Positions 25,668-39,506 are shown, counted from the whole stretch's first letter. The stretch: DNA of 63,734 nucleotides, filler included, from Octopus bimaculoides (GCF_001194135.2; 9 parts of 8 records of this genome joined end to end with filler, not necessarily neighbours in it), one strand, 5' to 3'. The notes: generated by a model not told the origin, from the letters alone. Made by a program: numbers and translations.

Positions 25668-26233
25668 ACGGTGAAGGGGATATATATATATATATATATA
25701 TATACGTATATATATTAATGTATATATATCAACATGTTGATCTTATTTTGGCATATAATTGATCGAGACCACAATATTGGGACGGGGGTAGCGTCAATTA
25801 GTGTGTTTTGCTCAAGAACACGACACACCACCCTGCCTGGGAACGGAAACCACGATTTTGCGATCGTGAGTACAACACGCTGACCACTGTACCACGCGCT
25901 TTCATGGCGCTGTAGAATGACAGTGTAATGTCGCCGAGTTAAACTAACAATACGTAATACCTCACCTCGTATCTATGGCTACACAGATCGACACTTGTTA
26001 GAAAAGAATAATTTACAACAAAAACAATAACAGCAATAAAATATTAAAAAAAAAAACGAGCGGAAAATATCAATGCTGCCATTAGAGGAAGCAGCCAAGT
26101 TGTGAATACAAAGACAGTGGTGAATCTATTTCNNNNNNNNNNNNNNNNNNATATATATATCTTTACATACGCACATATATATATATATATAAATTTATAT
26201 ATACTTATATATAGATATATATTTATATATACG

Positions 26234-26281
<48 letters not shown>

Positions 26282-26810
26282 TTTTAAAGTTTCAGCTTAG
26301 AGCTGCGGCCATGCTGATGCACCACCGTATATATATATATGTATGTATTATAGGTTTTGACGCACCACGTTTTTCTCTTCACAATGTTTATTCAATTGAA
26401 TGATTAATTTTATTTACGAATCCATCCTGGTTTCCATTCGAATTTTACAATTATCTCTCCCTCACCCCTCTCTATCCTTCCCTCTCTCTCCAGTATCTCT
26501 CTCGTTCTCCCTCTCCCCCTCCCTCCCTCTCTCTTTCTCCCTGCCTTTCTCCTTCTCTGTCTCTCCCTCTAGCAAAATCATTGTCGTGATTTGTCATAGC
26601 TATTCTATTCTCGTATTTCCTATAATTCTATTGTGACCTGTCTCTGTGTGATAGCGTAATGTCCACAAGGGTATGTGAACGACTGGAGTAAGCGAGCGAG
26701 CTAGCGTGTATGTGGCTGTGTATGTAATTTCGTGCGATTATGTTTGATTATCCGCATGCATGTATCTGCGTTAATTATATATATATGTTTGTAAATATAC
26801 ATATATATAT

Positions 26811-26843
<33 letters not shown>

Positions 26844-27233
26844 TATATATGTATGTTTAAGTAGACACACAAGGAGCCAGATTCACATCGTCACTCCAGT
26901 ATGGAGACAAAATCACTGATATATTAATAACAGTTCAACATGAATTTTTAAAAACTATCGCATTTAAAGTTTTCCACACAATAGATTGTATTATTTTATA
27001 TTTATTTCAGCCAATTTTTTTTTCCATCTGTTTCTGTTCTCTCCTCCTCCCACCCACACTACCACAAATCGAAAAATAAATACATACATACATACATACA
27101 TACATAAATGAATAACCCGTTGTTTGTTTTTTGATTCTCGACGATTACAATGACAGACTTGGTAAAGTTTATACTGAATAACTTTTCCGAAGACTAGTGG
27201 CGATGGAGTGTCTGCATCAAGGAATATATATGC

Positions 27234-27272
<39 letters not shown>

Positions 27273-28010
27273 CACACACACGAACACATACGCACTTATA
27301 TATGCATATATATATATATATACGTATATATATATATACATATCTATATATAGATATATGTACATATGTATGTATATATATATATATGTGTGTGTGAGTG
27401 TGAATGTATATGGCGAGGTATCTGCACAAAAATGCTTATAAAGGTAAATAGAAATATACATAGATACATATGTGTGCGCGCGCGCGTGTGGGTATATATA
27501 TGTGCGTATACATACATATATACACATATGTTTAGGCATGATATGATTTTAAAAAATACATACAAGTATTCATTACGCAAACGTATGCGTGTATATAGAA
27601 ATTTATATACATACTGTCATATCTCTGAAGATACGTGTATATGTATATATATATATATANNNNNNNNNNNNNNNNNNNNNNNNNNNNNNNNNNNNNNNNN
27701 NNNNNNNNNNNNNNNNNNNNNNNNNNNNNNNNNNNNNNNNNNNNNNNNNNNNNNNNNNNNNNNNNNNNNNNNNNNNNNNNNNNNNNNNNNNNNNNNNNNN
27801 NNNNNNNNNNNNNNNNNNNNNNNNNNNNNNNNNNNNNNNNNNNNNNNNNNNNNNNNNNNNNNNNNNNNNNNNNNNNNNNNNNNNNNNNNNNNNNNNNNNN
27901 NNNNNNNNNNNNNNNNNNNNNNNNNNNNNNNNNNNNNNNNNNNNNNNNNNNNNNNNNNNNNNNNNNNNNNNNNNNNNNNNNNNNNNNNNNNNNNNNNNNN
28001 NNNNNNNNNN

Positions 28011-28046
<36 letters not shown>

Positions 28047-28402
28047 TTACATATTCATACACACACGCTGACACACACACACACATATATCTTAGTCAAT
28101 AGTCATTTATCAAATGATGCAGACGATAATTTCATTTATGTATTTATTTATTTATTTATTTGTTCATTTGTACTCGTCTTTTTTTTATCTCACCACATCG
28201 CAGATGTTATTGGGATACATTTACATCTGCGTCTGAAGAGAAGAGAGAGATGGTATTCTATAGCTTAATTTCTCGTTTTGATTCATAATACAAAAGAACT
28301 ACTAATCAGGAATAGGTTTGTTTTTTTCCTTTCTTTTGCACAAGTAACACTGCTTTGCAAACCACACACAGTCACATACATGAGCGTATATGCGCTGTAT
28401 AC

Positions 28403-28461
<59 letters not shown>

Positions 28462-30143
28462 ACATACACTAACATATGCAATATTTTCACACACTTATCA
28501 TGAAATACACATTAAAGTTCGACATATATATGCTGAAATACACACTCAACACAAAACAAATATAAATTGATGTGTGTAGAAACCTCTCGCAGCGATCTTT
28601 GGATTCAAAGAATTCAAAGAAGATATAAGAATTTTTCCCTTCCGGAANNNNNNNNNNNNNNNNNNNNNNNNNNNNNNNNNNNNNNNNNNNNTTAATTAAT
28701 TAANNNNNNNNNNNNNNNNNNNNNNNNNNNNNNNNNNNNNNNNNNNNAGTAGGGGTGAATGTGATCTTTAAGATCAGGGTGGCGTGTGGTATGACGTCAG
28801 TGTCTGGGGAGGCTGACCGGAAGGGGAAAAAGGGCAGAGGGAGCCTCGATCGGGATTCGTGCCCTTTTCGAACGGGGTTGTGGTCAGGACAAGACGTGTT
28901 AAGTGACGGTCTAGGTTTGGGAGAAGCAGCTGCTATTCCTGGTGTACTTTGGGTCGGGGCAAGCTTCAAGGATTGGATACCGCAAGAAAGACTCGCAGTC
29001 GACGAAAGGAAAACCGAGGTAAGGCGATTACATCTACTCGTACGCACACACCACACAGTGTACAATCTGTCCTGGTATGAAGTAGTAGATTTAAGACTTA
29101 GAATGATAATGATGCAAATGAGAAGAAGGAGTAGGTTAATATATTTTCATTTGTATTAAATTTTTTCTTGTAAATTTTCTGTGATATTACAACAGTTGAA
29201 AAGGTTGCGTGGCAATATTATTTTAGCACAATTTTAGTTTATTATTTTCTCCCTTTTAGCAGGTTTAGAAGATTGCAGAAACTTTTAGAATGCTTAATTA
29301 ACTGTTTAAATGCCTGAGGATGCATTGTTAATATAATTATACAATTTCCAGACTAATAATCTATCCTAGGTTTCAATCACCGATTATCATCAGATGTATG
29401 ATTCCTAAGTTTGTACATAGTACTATATGGGTTTTGAGAAAGGAAACTTTTAATTTCTTATGTAAGGATAATTATGTGCTTATGCATCAATGGTTTTTGT
29501 GGTTAAGGGTGTTATTGCTCTTAATTTGGAAATGAATGGTGCTAATTTGAATCTAGCCTGTTATCATTTTAATTAGTTTATTTAATTAGAAATCTGCATT
29601 ATCCAAGGGAACAACATACTAGCAGCGGTTAGTTTTGAATGCATAATATACTACTTAAAGCACTTAGAATATGTATAATAGGCCAAACATCCTTTTCTGA
29701 TAGTAATCATCATCATCTAAACTCTGGGTATGACTTTAAACAGAATCCAGTAGTGGGGCCCTGGAACTGGAGTTTTAAGGTTTGAGTGAGTGTGGAAATA
29801 CCTCCTAGCCATTATTGTTTCCAGGTCTACTCTGAGTAAAATTTGCTAGGGTCCCAGCTCAGAGTTAATTAGCATGTAAACTACTGAGAGTGAAGGATTC
29901 CTAGTTGTAAGAACTTCCTTCTAGAAGGTAAACACATAAAAAAAACCTGAAGTGCAGTTGGTTTCTGGTTGTCTCAGCCTCTGTTGTGCCACTGGTTTTA
30001 GAACTGATTATGCTGAAAAGTGGGTTCAATGCTATGCCATTCTTTATCCATTTAATACAAATTCATGAACAGAAATTTCTTGGGCTCTCAGAGCGTTTGC
30101 ACAGAATTACTTAGGAAGTGGTCTTAGTCACAAGTTGACTTCT

Positions 30144-30175
<32 letters not shown>

Positions 30176-32512
30176 NNNNNNNNNNAAGAAAAAAGTGAAA
30201 ACTGAAAGAAATAAACAAAAAACAAATAAAAAAGAAATAAAACTAAAATGTAAAAATGTTAATAAGAAATAAAATATGAAAATATAAAAGAATAAAACAT
30301 CAATACAATTTAACATACAAATAAAATAAAACTAAAGAAAATTGCTTAATGGGATATATATGTATATGTATATCACATGCTGCAAAGAGGAGAGAGAATT
30401 AGAAGCACTGGTTACTGAGAGAAGAAAATGTAGATATTCCAAGAAGAGATCTGTTACATGAAAAGATAAGTAATTATATTGAAAGTACAAATTAGTAATT
30501 GCTCCTAAAGAGGGAGAAAGAATGAAAAAAAAGAAGAGAAAAGTAAAAGTCAAAGAAAGCATATAACTACTTATATAAAGCTTCATTAATAATGTTTATA
30601 AACAAGGCTTTAAGTATCATTGCAGTTTGACCCTCTGGCATTCAGATTACTCTGTCAAATGTAATTACATTTGACAGAGTAATTTTATTTATTTATTCAC
30701 ATTATTTTGAAGTAATCCTGCATCATCTCATAGCTTTGAGATTCCAATATGTTTGTATATTTTTAGAATGACATTGTACGGTAGGGGTGAGAGGCAGATA
30801 AGGCCAGTTTGAATACAAAACAGGTAGAATATTTGGGTTGGATATGGCTGGTTTGAATGCTAAAGGGTTAAAACTGAAAGCTGTTTGTTATTGAGTCAAA
30901 CATTAATTGAAGACAACAGACAGTGTAGTTATATCACATCAAAAGTGCAAGTGATGGAACAAAAAATGCTTAGATTTTACTGGAAATGAAACCAAAAGAC
31001 AACTTAATAGCTAATGTAAAATGTGCTTGATGATATAGACTGTATGTGTGGGTGTTAAAACAGAGAGGTAAAAAAAAAAGTGATACTACTATTGCTGTAG
31101 ATAGAAATGATAAAACTCAATTTAGATGATATGATTGCAATCCTCTCTTTGCCATAATCTTAGAAAAAATACCAGCAAACTTTAAAAAATACTACAAAAA
31201 TAGTTATGCTTGTGTTGTTAATACACTTTCTTAAAAATGAATATGTGCTTCATATTAGTTGGACTACATTAATTAGCAATAAAAGATGCACTATTTTGAA
31301 ACATTCCCACTGATTTACAAAAGCTTCAGATACTGTCATATTGTCCAACCCATGCCAGCAAGGAAAAAGGACATTAAATGATGAGAGACTTAAAACTGCT
31401 ATTGATATAGAAAGTAAATATGGCTATATTGATGACTCAACAACAATCCATGTCTAATAGGATTTTTGAAATATCATAAGGACATAAAGCAACAATACTT
31501 TATTAAAGTTTGAATAATTTGGTGTTCATAAGTGAATAACAATAAATAAACCCCAAGTTTCTGATGTTGTGATGAAGATATTTAACTTCATTATCTTTTA
31601 AGACCTGAAAATTTTCATTAAATTACATAAAAGGAACAATGATAAGGGACCAGATAAAAAAATAAATCTTAAGTAATTCTAATTTTCTAAAAGTTACCAT
31701 CCTTATGATTCCATTTGTAATAAAATGAAAATATAAGTGTGAATTATTGATGAAGTGAGTTAATTTTCACAGTAAAAATCAAACTAAAGACAAGCATAAA
31801 ACAGCAAGGATGGCATGATTTAATGACTAAAATAAGGCAACATGCTTGTCAGAGAGAAAGAGAAACGAAGCAAATAGCATTAGAACTGATATTTATTATT
31901 TCATTTTCTTTCCTAATGGTATATATATCTACATAGGAATAGATATTTATACAACAAATAATATTTTTATTTCTTCTTATTATTATCTAATTTAATTACC
32001 ATTAATATACTGGAAAAATGTGCATATTATTTTCTCTCTAGACTAAGATAAGGTGCTTAAATTTCAAGCTGAAATCTCTAAAAATTGTACAAAAACAAGT
32101 GGTTGTTGTAGTAAAACAAACTTGGACATTTAGTTTTAAAAACACTGGTAACAGGTGGTGATATACATTGATGGTATGAGTAGAATTGGTTTAGCAAGAT
32201 TGTTAGTCCAGGTAAAATATATAGGTAATTTAACAAAATAAAATTTTCATTTTGTGACATGTATACCTAGTGCATAACTAAACAAGCAAACTTTGGACCA
32301 CTACAAATTGCAATTTGTCAAATTGCATATGACAAATTGCATATGGGATTTTTGATAAAATACGATTTTATAGAGTGAAACCAAGACAGAGAAAGACCGT
32401 TTTGAATAGGGGGAGTAAACGTACCTAATTCCAACAATAAACTATGCAATACATATTTTTTAAAGAATAAATTTTAGAAAAATTCAAAGATACAAAATAA
32501 ATGCTATCAAAC

Positions 32513-32823
32513 CTGAACTATGATGTATAAGATGAAGAGAGGGATGCAGACAACTATAAAAATAGGTGTATTGAGTATAATAACAATGGGTACAGAAATA
32601 ATCCTGAGTAGACACATGATACACGATTCAATGTTTTCAACCAAACGGAAATCCAGGACCTCTACATCCTTTCCAAACCGATTGAGGAGTCGGCCAACAG
32701 GTGTCTGATCAAAGAAGGCCATTGGAGAGAAAAGAACATTGGAAAGTATGTTTTCGTGAAGGAAGCCTGCAGCTCGTAGGCAACCAACAAATAAGAGCAG
32801 ATCAGCTATCACTACTGCAATAC
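32513..32823 (-). CDS. ABCC1: ABCC/MRP transporter exon, 311 nt, TMD2
   Basis: Acceptor tttcttgcAG, phase 1 matching the previous exon, donor cag|GTTTGA. Encodes LHENILSNVLFSPMAFFDQTPVGRLLNRFGKDVEVLD...PLFILYIIVQ, with the ABCC hallmark SPMxFFDxTPxGRxxNRFxKD. Confidence 0.95.
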
Positions 32824-34043
32824 CTGCAAGAAATAAAACAACATAGTAAAGTTTATAAAAAGTATTGAATTTCTTCTGTTCAAGAATGAGAACAGAGTTA
32901 AAAGTATATGCCAACATCAAGCAATCCCAGATATTAATTCTGTTAATAAAAGAGGTAGATGACAAAAATTTAAGATTCTCTATTGGAAGCTGCTGAGGAA
33001 AACACGTGATAGATACTCTTGAATGAATCCTGTTTGAATGAACAGGAACACAAGCATTCTTTTACATTAAAAAAAAAAAAAAAGATTTTAAAAACTCAGA
33101 ACCCCATCACCACCAGTAGTAGAATCATGTACAAAAATAAAGTAAACCAACTGTCCCTAAGATGACAAATATACTGTTGACAATCAGTTCTAAAATAATT
33201 GGCTATATGAATACATTATGTTGGTGAATTGGCAGAGTTGTTTGAGAATGTGTAGAACAAAATACTTTGTGGTATTTGCTTGGGTTTTCTGCAATCTGAG
33301 TTCATATGTCACTAACATCATATTTGTCTTTCATCCTTTTGGGATTAATAAAATAAAGTACCATTCCAATGTGGTAGATTAGTAAAACTGCTAAAGTAGC
33401 AGATGTGGGCCTTAGTAATACATGTTTTGGCTTTTTGTGTTCTGAGTCCTTAAATAGTAGACTTAATCTGTCACCTAGTTAAACACTGATTGGTTCTTGG
33501 GTGCAAGCATTTGGACATCTCCAGTTTGAGGTTAAGTTTCTTCTTTCTTACAACCAGTCTCAGAAACTCTGAAAAAGCAAAGGTCACAGGGCTCTTCTTT
33601 CCCCTCTGACTAAACACTTAGAAAAATTATATATAGTGTGATGGTTTGTACTGGTAAAAAATATTTTGTGAAGATCATACAATTTTGGAAATCATGAATA
33701 TCGACATTTTGAGCAAAGCTGTTTGTTGGGGTGAGAGAAAGAGAGAGAGAGGGGAGGAGAGAGAGAGAGAGAGGGGAGGAGAGAAAGAGAGACCTTTTGT
33801 TCTCTTTCCAAGAAAGTCTTTGCATGAAATAGGAGTTTTAACTTCCCGTTGCAATTTATGAACAATATTTACAGGTACCAAGAATTATTGTTTACATCAA
33901 ACTAAAATATTTGGGGAAAACTAAATTAAAATGTAATAAGAGAACAACAATATCTTTATAGACATTTCTGTTTTATCCATCGATGCTGTCAGTCTTTAAC
34001 ATGGAAAAAAAAGAAAGACAAATAATAAAAAATTCAAACTTAC

Positions 34044-34266
34044 TCTGGCTAATTCCCAACACACCATAAACACTAAGTCTCAAATCTCTTTGAGAAATGT
34101 CAATTGTACCATTCTGTGAAATAAGCAAGGCATCATTGCTCCATTCACTGAGCCAAATGTTTGCATAAATGTTGATTGCACCAACCATGAAAAATGTGAC
34201 TAAAGTTACTGAAATAAATTTAGCACCGACAAATTTCGCATAGGCTAAAAACACTGACAATTTCAC
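34044..34266 (-). CDS. ABCC1: ABCC/MRP transporter exon, 223 nt, start of TMD2
   Basis: Acceptor tttctttcAG and donor GTAAGT. Encodes VKLSVFLAYAKFVGAKFISVTLVTFFMVGAINIYANIWLSEWSNDALLISQNGTIDISQRDLRLSVYGVLGISQ, matching MRP1-type VKLSVY..NxWLSxWxDD..RLSVYGALGISQ. Ends in phase 1. Confidence 0.93.
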
Positions 34267-34349
34267 CTGAAAGAAAGAAAAAAAAAAAAGAAGAAAATCT
34301 TTAATTAGAAATTGAAGGAGCTATATAATACCAAAATATTAGGTAACTT

Positions 34350-34745
34350 TCACAAGGATGACTATATGGTTTGCAACCACATAGTCTTGAGTACAGTTCC
34401 ACTGCATGGCACCATGAGCAAGTGTCTTCTACTATAGCTCTGAACTGACCTATGCCTTGTGAGTGAATTTGGTAGATAGAAACTGTATAGAAGCTTGTCA
34501 TGTATATGCATACACACATGTGTGTGCATATATTTATGTGTGAATGTGTCTTTGTGTTTTTACCCCCACTGCATTACAACTGGTGTTAGTTTGTTTCTCT
34601 TCCTGTAACTTAGTAGACAAGCAAGAGAGATCAATAGAAGAAGTACCAGATTTTAAAATCTAAAGTACTGGGATTGATTTGTTTGACTAAACCCTTCAAG
34701 ATAGTGCTTTGGCATAGCAAAAGTCTGATGACTAAATCATGTAAA
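34350..34745 (+). mobile_element. Old SINE family A copy in an ABCC intron
   Basis: Degenerate but colinear with family A. Confidence 0.65.
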
Positions 34746-35544
34746 ACAACAGAACATTATCTTTCCATTAGTTAGTAAGTGTTCAGTTTCATTCAATTAT
34801 AGCCATTCATTTTAGTAACTTAAAAGGATACCAACCAATTTTGCCATATGTAACTATTCTACTATATAGATAGTTCAGTAAGCAGCTCAAGCTTGACACA
34901 ATTGCAGTTCCCACTATACTCCCCTCTCTTTCCACACAGACAAACTCTCAAGAACAACAGCAACACATCCCATGCTCAAACTCTCAACCTCTCCCTCTTC
35001 ACCACCCTTAGTCCACAACTGCTAAGTTAGTGGTTCTGCCACCCCACCCCACTCACTTCACTTCATTTATAAGAAGACACGAAATAAAGATTGCATCTGT
35101 ATAGTTGCTCTTTCTTTGCCATAGTGTTGTATAAGTTTACAAAGTTTAAAAATCATCTTAATTTTATTAAACAGGGGCATTTGTCCACTCCTTTTCAATT
35201 CTCAGATTTTTTTAAAAAGAGGTATTCCTCCACACCTCATGATGAACGCTATGCCATGTGCAATAACATCTTTGTTATTCTACGAAAGCAACATGACTAG
35301 ATGGCATTTTATGTTGTCCTGAACCAATAAAAATCTTGCAATAGGTCTGCTTAAGGTTACAACTAGTTAGGTTTTGTTTCACCATTATAAAAAACAAAAC
35401 TTCTTTAATGATACTGCATTGAAGTTACATTCATATCTACTTCAAAATATTTTGGCCTGTGAAAATGTGCATTTATATAGTAAATTTAAATTTTCAGCAC
35501 ACTTCAATCTTGACCACTGAAAGGAAAGAAAATACGTGACTCAC

Positions 35545-35686
35545 ATTTCCTGTCATTGTTGCTTCTTTGTTGATTAATTTATCTTTTGGAGTTGACTGGT
35601 CTTCTTTTTCAGTAAGTTCAAAAGCATTCTCTGATTTCAAAGACATCACTGGCGACCCCATTTTCCCATCCTCCTGACCATGCCAT
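35545..35686 (-). CDS. ABCC1: ABCC/MRP transporter exon, 142 nt (WHGQEDGKMGSPVMSLKSENAFELTEKEDQSTPKDKLINKEATMTGN)
   Basis: Acceptor cttttcAG (35688-35687) and donor GTGAGT (35544-35539). Ends in KLINKEATMTGN, the MRP KLIxxE..ETG motif preceding TMD2, and joins in phase 0 to VKLSVF. Confidence 0.88.
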
Positions 35687-35729
35687 CTGAAAAGTATATT
35701 TAAATATATATATATACACACACACATAC

Positions 35730-36000
35730 AGAGCTTGTGAGTGAATTTGGTACACAGACACTGTGGACGCCCATCACATATATGTGTGCCTGTGTATGTG
35801 CTTATCCTCCACCCAACTTGACAACTAGTGTTGGGTTGTTTATATCCCTGTAACTTAGCTCTTCAGCAAAAGAGACTGACAAAATAAGTACCAGACTTGA
35901 AAAAATAAGAACTGGGGTCAAGTTGTTTGACTAAATCCTTCAAGGTGGTGCTGTAATATGGCCACAGTCCAATGACTGAAACAAGTAAAAGATAAAAGAT
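35730..36000 (+). mobile_element. SINE family A 3' two-thirds in an ABCC intron
   Basis: gcttgtgagtgaatttgg...tgactgaaacaagtaaaagataaaag. Confidence 0.7.
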
Positions 36001-36379
36001 TTATTTTATCTCAAACTACTTTAACTAACATTTCCATCTGAGTCTTATTTTAAAAATAGTGGAGCGTGTTTTGAGGAAAATTGGCTAACATCCCTAACAT
36101 GACATACAACCATATAAGAGTGCCCTAGTTAGCATTAAGAAAAAGACTTGCTGGGATATGTTGAATGGACTTCAACAGATATACCTCTATGAATCTTGAT
36201 CCAACATAAAGACTCTTAACAACAAAGTATTAGAAATGTAACCCACAAAACAAGCATACTGCATTGCATATTTATTGTTGTGGAGTAAGAGCTATAGTGA
36301 CTAATCTACAATGTACACTAAACAGCTCACTAATTTACATAAGTCAATAGATGGATGGGTGAGAACAAATACTAGACAA

Positions 36380-36950
36380 AAGTGAACTAATTCACCAATC
36401 TGGGCAGTGTTGTTAGTAGCACTGGTGATGTGGAACTTGACATAGGCTACAGGATTGGAAAGGAAGTAGCAGTGTTCCAGCATATGTATTCCATCTGAGC
36501 AGCCTCAAACATCAGCAATGACCTGTAATTTCATCTGTATAACCCCATTGTTCTATGCCAGTGAGACTTAGAAGAGCACAGTATGGATGGAAAGAAAACT
36601 TAATGTATTTCATCAATGGTACCACAGGATCTTTCTGTGGTACTTTTGATGCTACAAGTGGGACTGTGTTACAAACGATGTTGCTGGTGGGACTGTGTTA
36701 CTAATGAGGGAATTCTGAGAAGAGTTCATACAAAAGATTGTAACAGAGCACCAATTCCACCTGGTTGGCCACATTCTTCACTTAGCTGATCAACAACACT
36801 CAAAAACAGCTATAACTTGGGTACTACCAGATGGCAGACAAAGAGAACAGTATAAAAACACATGGCAGTAGACATTACAAAATGACCTGAAAACAATCAA
36901 CATTATGTGGAATGGCTGTGCAAGAGTAGCACAGGAGGACTGGAAGCTAA
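36380..36950 (+). mobile_element. RTE-clade LINE remnant (RT C-terminal region), antisense within an ABCC intron
   Basis: Degenerate translations FTNLGSVVSSTGDVELDIGYRIGKE..ISNDL*FHLYNPIV and LVGHILHL..TAITWVLPDGRQR..TWQ*TLQNDLK..MW..AQEDW, typical of RTE ORFs. Multiple stops. Confidence 0.75.
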
Positions 36951-36991
36951 AGCCAAGAGAGCAAATACAGAAATAGCAGCATTGACTTTAC

Positions 36992-37043
36992 CTTCTACGA
37001 ACTTCAGGCACAATTTCCTCAACCGAAGAATGAATATCATCAT
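36992..37043 (-). CDS. ABCC1: ABCC/MRP transporter exon, 52 nt, NBD1-TMD2 linker ((D)DDIHSSVEEIVPEVRR+ag)
   Basis: Minus strand tttttctgtAG acceptor and ag|GTAAAG donor. Its phase-2 end completes AGA with the first base of the next exon. The linker is poorly conserved, so assignment rests on splice sites and phase. Orthology among ABCC1/2/3 is not resolvable here. Confidence 0.7.
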
Positions 37044-37120
37044 CTACAGAAAAATTTGAAATTATTATTTTCATTTAGGAAAGAAGTATAAAAAAAAATG
37101 TATGCAAATAAATGAATGTA

Positions 37121-37160
<40 letters not shown>

Positions 37161-37251
37161 CTAGCAGAAATACCCGGCGTTGCCCGGGTTAAAGAGAATA
37201 ATGAAATCTAAAAACGCCGTCTAGACTACGCATCATCTTTATATATAGAGA
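37161..37251 (-). mobile_element. Complete 91-bp non-autonomous Helitron
   Basis: Minus strand A|TCTCTATATATAAAG...AACCCGGGCAACGCCGGGTATTTCTG-CTAG|T has the 5' TC, subterminal GC-rich hairpin, 3' CTAG, A/T insertion site and no TSD. Confidence 0.88.
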
Positions 37252-37640
37252 TGTATATACACACACGCACCCAAACACACGTATATATATGTATATCAAT
37301 ACAAATATATGAAAGTCAATGAAGTTTCGTAAAAGAAGGTGATCATGTACATACTTTCTTGCTGTTGTGATTATAACACCTCGTTGTAAACTATGTTCCT
37401 TGTTTTCCCTTGTGGAGCATATNNNNNNNNNNNNNNNNNNNNNNNNNNNNNNNNNNNNNNNNNNNNTTAATTAATTAANNNNNNNNNNNNNNNNNNNNNN
37501 NNNNNNNNNNNNNNNNNNNNNNCTGGCCGAAATAAGATTAAGATTAATGTAATATAAAGCTGAAGCAAATTAACACCAAATATACAGTGCGTGTGTTTTT
37601 ATTGGATAAACTGGCAATATGAGCATTCCCAAGTACAACA

Positions 37641-37679
<39 letters not shown>

Positions 37680-39068
37680 GGGGGGGGTGCGTGCGTATGC
37701 GTGTGTGTTTGTGTGTGTGTGTATACATGTACAAAATATGTCGCAAAGTCTCTATTGCAAAACGTGACATCAGAACACTGTATGTGTCTTTATACCGCTA
37801 CCTTGCAAGATTTAGCTGACAAATCTCTCTACAGACATTGAAATTTTAATAATGCTCTCATAGAAACGATATGACTGACTCAATAATGTTTATAAATGTA
37901 GTCGGTTATGACCTTATGTTACAAAGATGCTCTATGATAATAGAAAGTCGGTAAACTTCTCTCGATATACAATTGTATTACACGAAGAGGAGTTATATTT
38001 TGATTTAAAATAATATTTCGTTAATTTTGTAATTTCAAAATGCAATTGATTGTATATGCTTATAAAAAGGAATTAACTCTGACTTTATGTTGTAGAGTTT
38101 CGATTATTTAATGCAAAATAAGTTTCTTCTTTTTTTTTTTTTTGAAATTATATCATTACAAAATTGCTAGTTTCAATAGAAACATTTCTATAGTCTATAA
38201 TTTTCCATTTAATAGTAAATTGTTCACGTCTGTTTTAAAAGAGAAGTAGTTTTGAGTTAACCGTTAATAACACAAATATTTTTGCAGCACCTGCAGTCGG
38301 ATATAGGAGTAGAAATCGTTGATTTCATCTACCTACCTACCTACCTACCTACCCATCTCTCTCTCTCTTTCTTTCTCTCTCTCTCTCTCTCTCTCTATGA
38401 ATCTATCTATCCATCTTTCTCTCTATTTATTTATCTTTCTATCTATCTATCCTTACATGCAGCGTTTGCGTGTGTGCCTATGTGTGTATTTATGTGTGTC
38501 TATCTATGTGCATATGCCTTTCTGGAGACAAAGAAGAAATTATAAAGCTCAATAACGATATGTTAAGCAACAACTACCCCCAAAACATTCTATCCACTGA
38601 TAACTGAAGAAGGAAATTCTTACACCTTCAGTCCAATTCCCAACTTCCTACTCACAATGAACTGAATTACACAAAGATCGGAAAAGGATACTCAAATGTG
38701 TTTTAATAATTGTTACCGCTATATATATTTCAGATTAATAGTTACCTCTATTTATATCTCAGATTTTTCGTAGGCATCTTAATGCATTGTAAAGCTTAAA
38801 TCCTCTCGAATACCAAATAAAGTTTATTTTTTTATACTCCCCGAATTTCTGTTGATGCAATCGACGCCAGTATTAGAGAATTTAGGAAATGCAGACCAAA
38901 GAACATGTAGCGAATTCTTCATCAGTGCTCCTAAGAACCGCTTTCAAAGTGTGTACTTGCATACATACACAAACGCATTCGCACAGGCACATACAACACA
39001 TACTTAACACTGAACAACGTGTAACAAAACAGGTAACAGGAATTGACTCCCTTGTTATTCGGGGTAAA

Positions 39069-39506
39069 AGGCGGTGAGCTGTCAGAAACGTTAGCACACC
39101 GGGTGAAATGCTTAGCGGCATTTCGTCTGCCGTTACGTTCTGGGTTCAAATTCCGTCGAGGTCGACTTTGCCTTTCATCCATTCGGGGTCGATTAAATAA
39201 GTACCAGTTACGCAAAGGGGTCGATAAAATCGATTTAAACCGTTTGTCTGTCCTTCTTTGTCCCATCTGTGTGTAGCTCCTTGTGGGCAGTAAAAAATAA
39301 GAAACGTTAGCATGCCGGGCGAAATGCTTACCGGCATTTCATCTGTCGCTACGTTCTGAGTTCAAATTCTGCCGAGGTTGACTTAACTTTTCACCCTTTC
39401 GGGGTCGATGAATTAAGTATCAGTTATGCACTGGGGTCAATCTAATCGACTAGCCCCCTCTACACAACCACAATTTCAGTCCTTGTGGCTATAGTGAAAA
39501 TGATTA
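39069..39506 (+). mobile_element. SINE family B head-to-tail dimer
   Basis: Unit 1 spans 39069-39300 and unit 2 starts at 39301 (aaacgttagcatgccgggcgaaatgc). The two units have different 3' tails. Confidence 0.85.

Noticed and set aside
26991-28268. YIYIYI / HTHTHT / CVCVCV ORFs here and throughout
   Set aside because: These are translations of (TA)n and (CA)n microsatellites, not proteins.
28755-29159. 134-aa plus-strand and 121-aa minus-strand ORFs in a GC-rich contig end
   Set aside because: No recognisable domain, and not the expected next ABCC exon. It is probably a repeat fragment.
38895-38935. Hammerhead on the minus strand (CTGATGA-agaa..ttct)
   Set aside because: The GAAA and stem III are missing, so it is too decayed to call.
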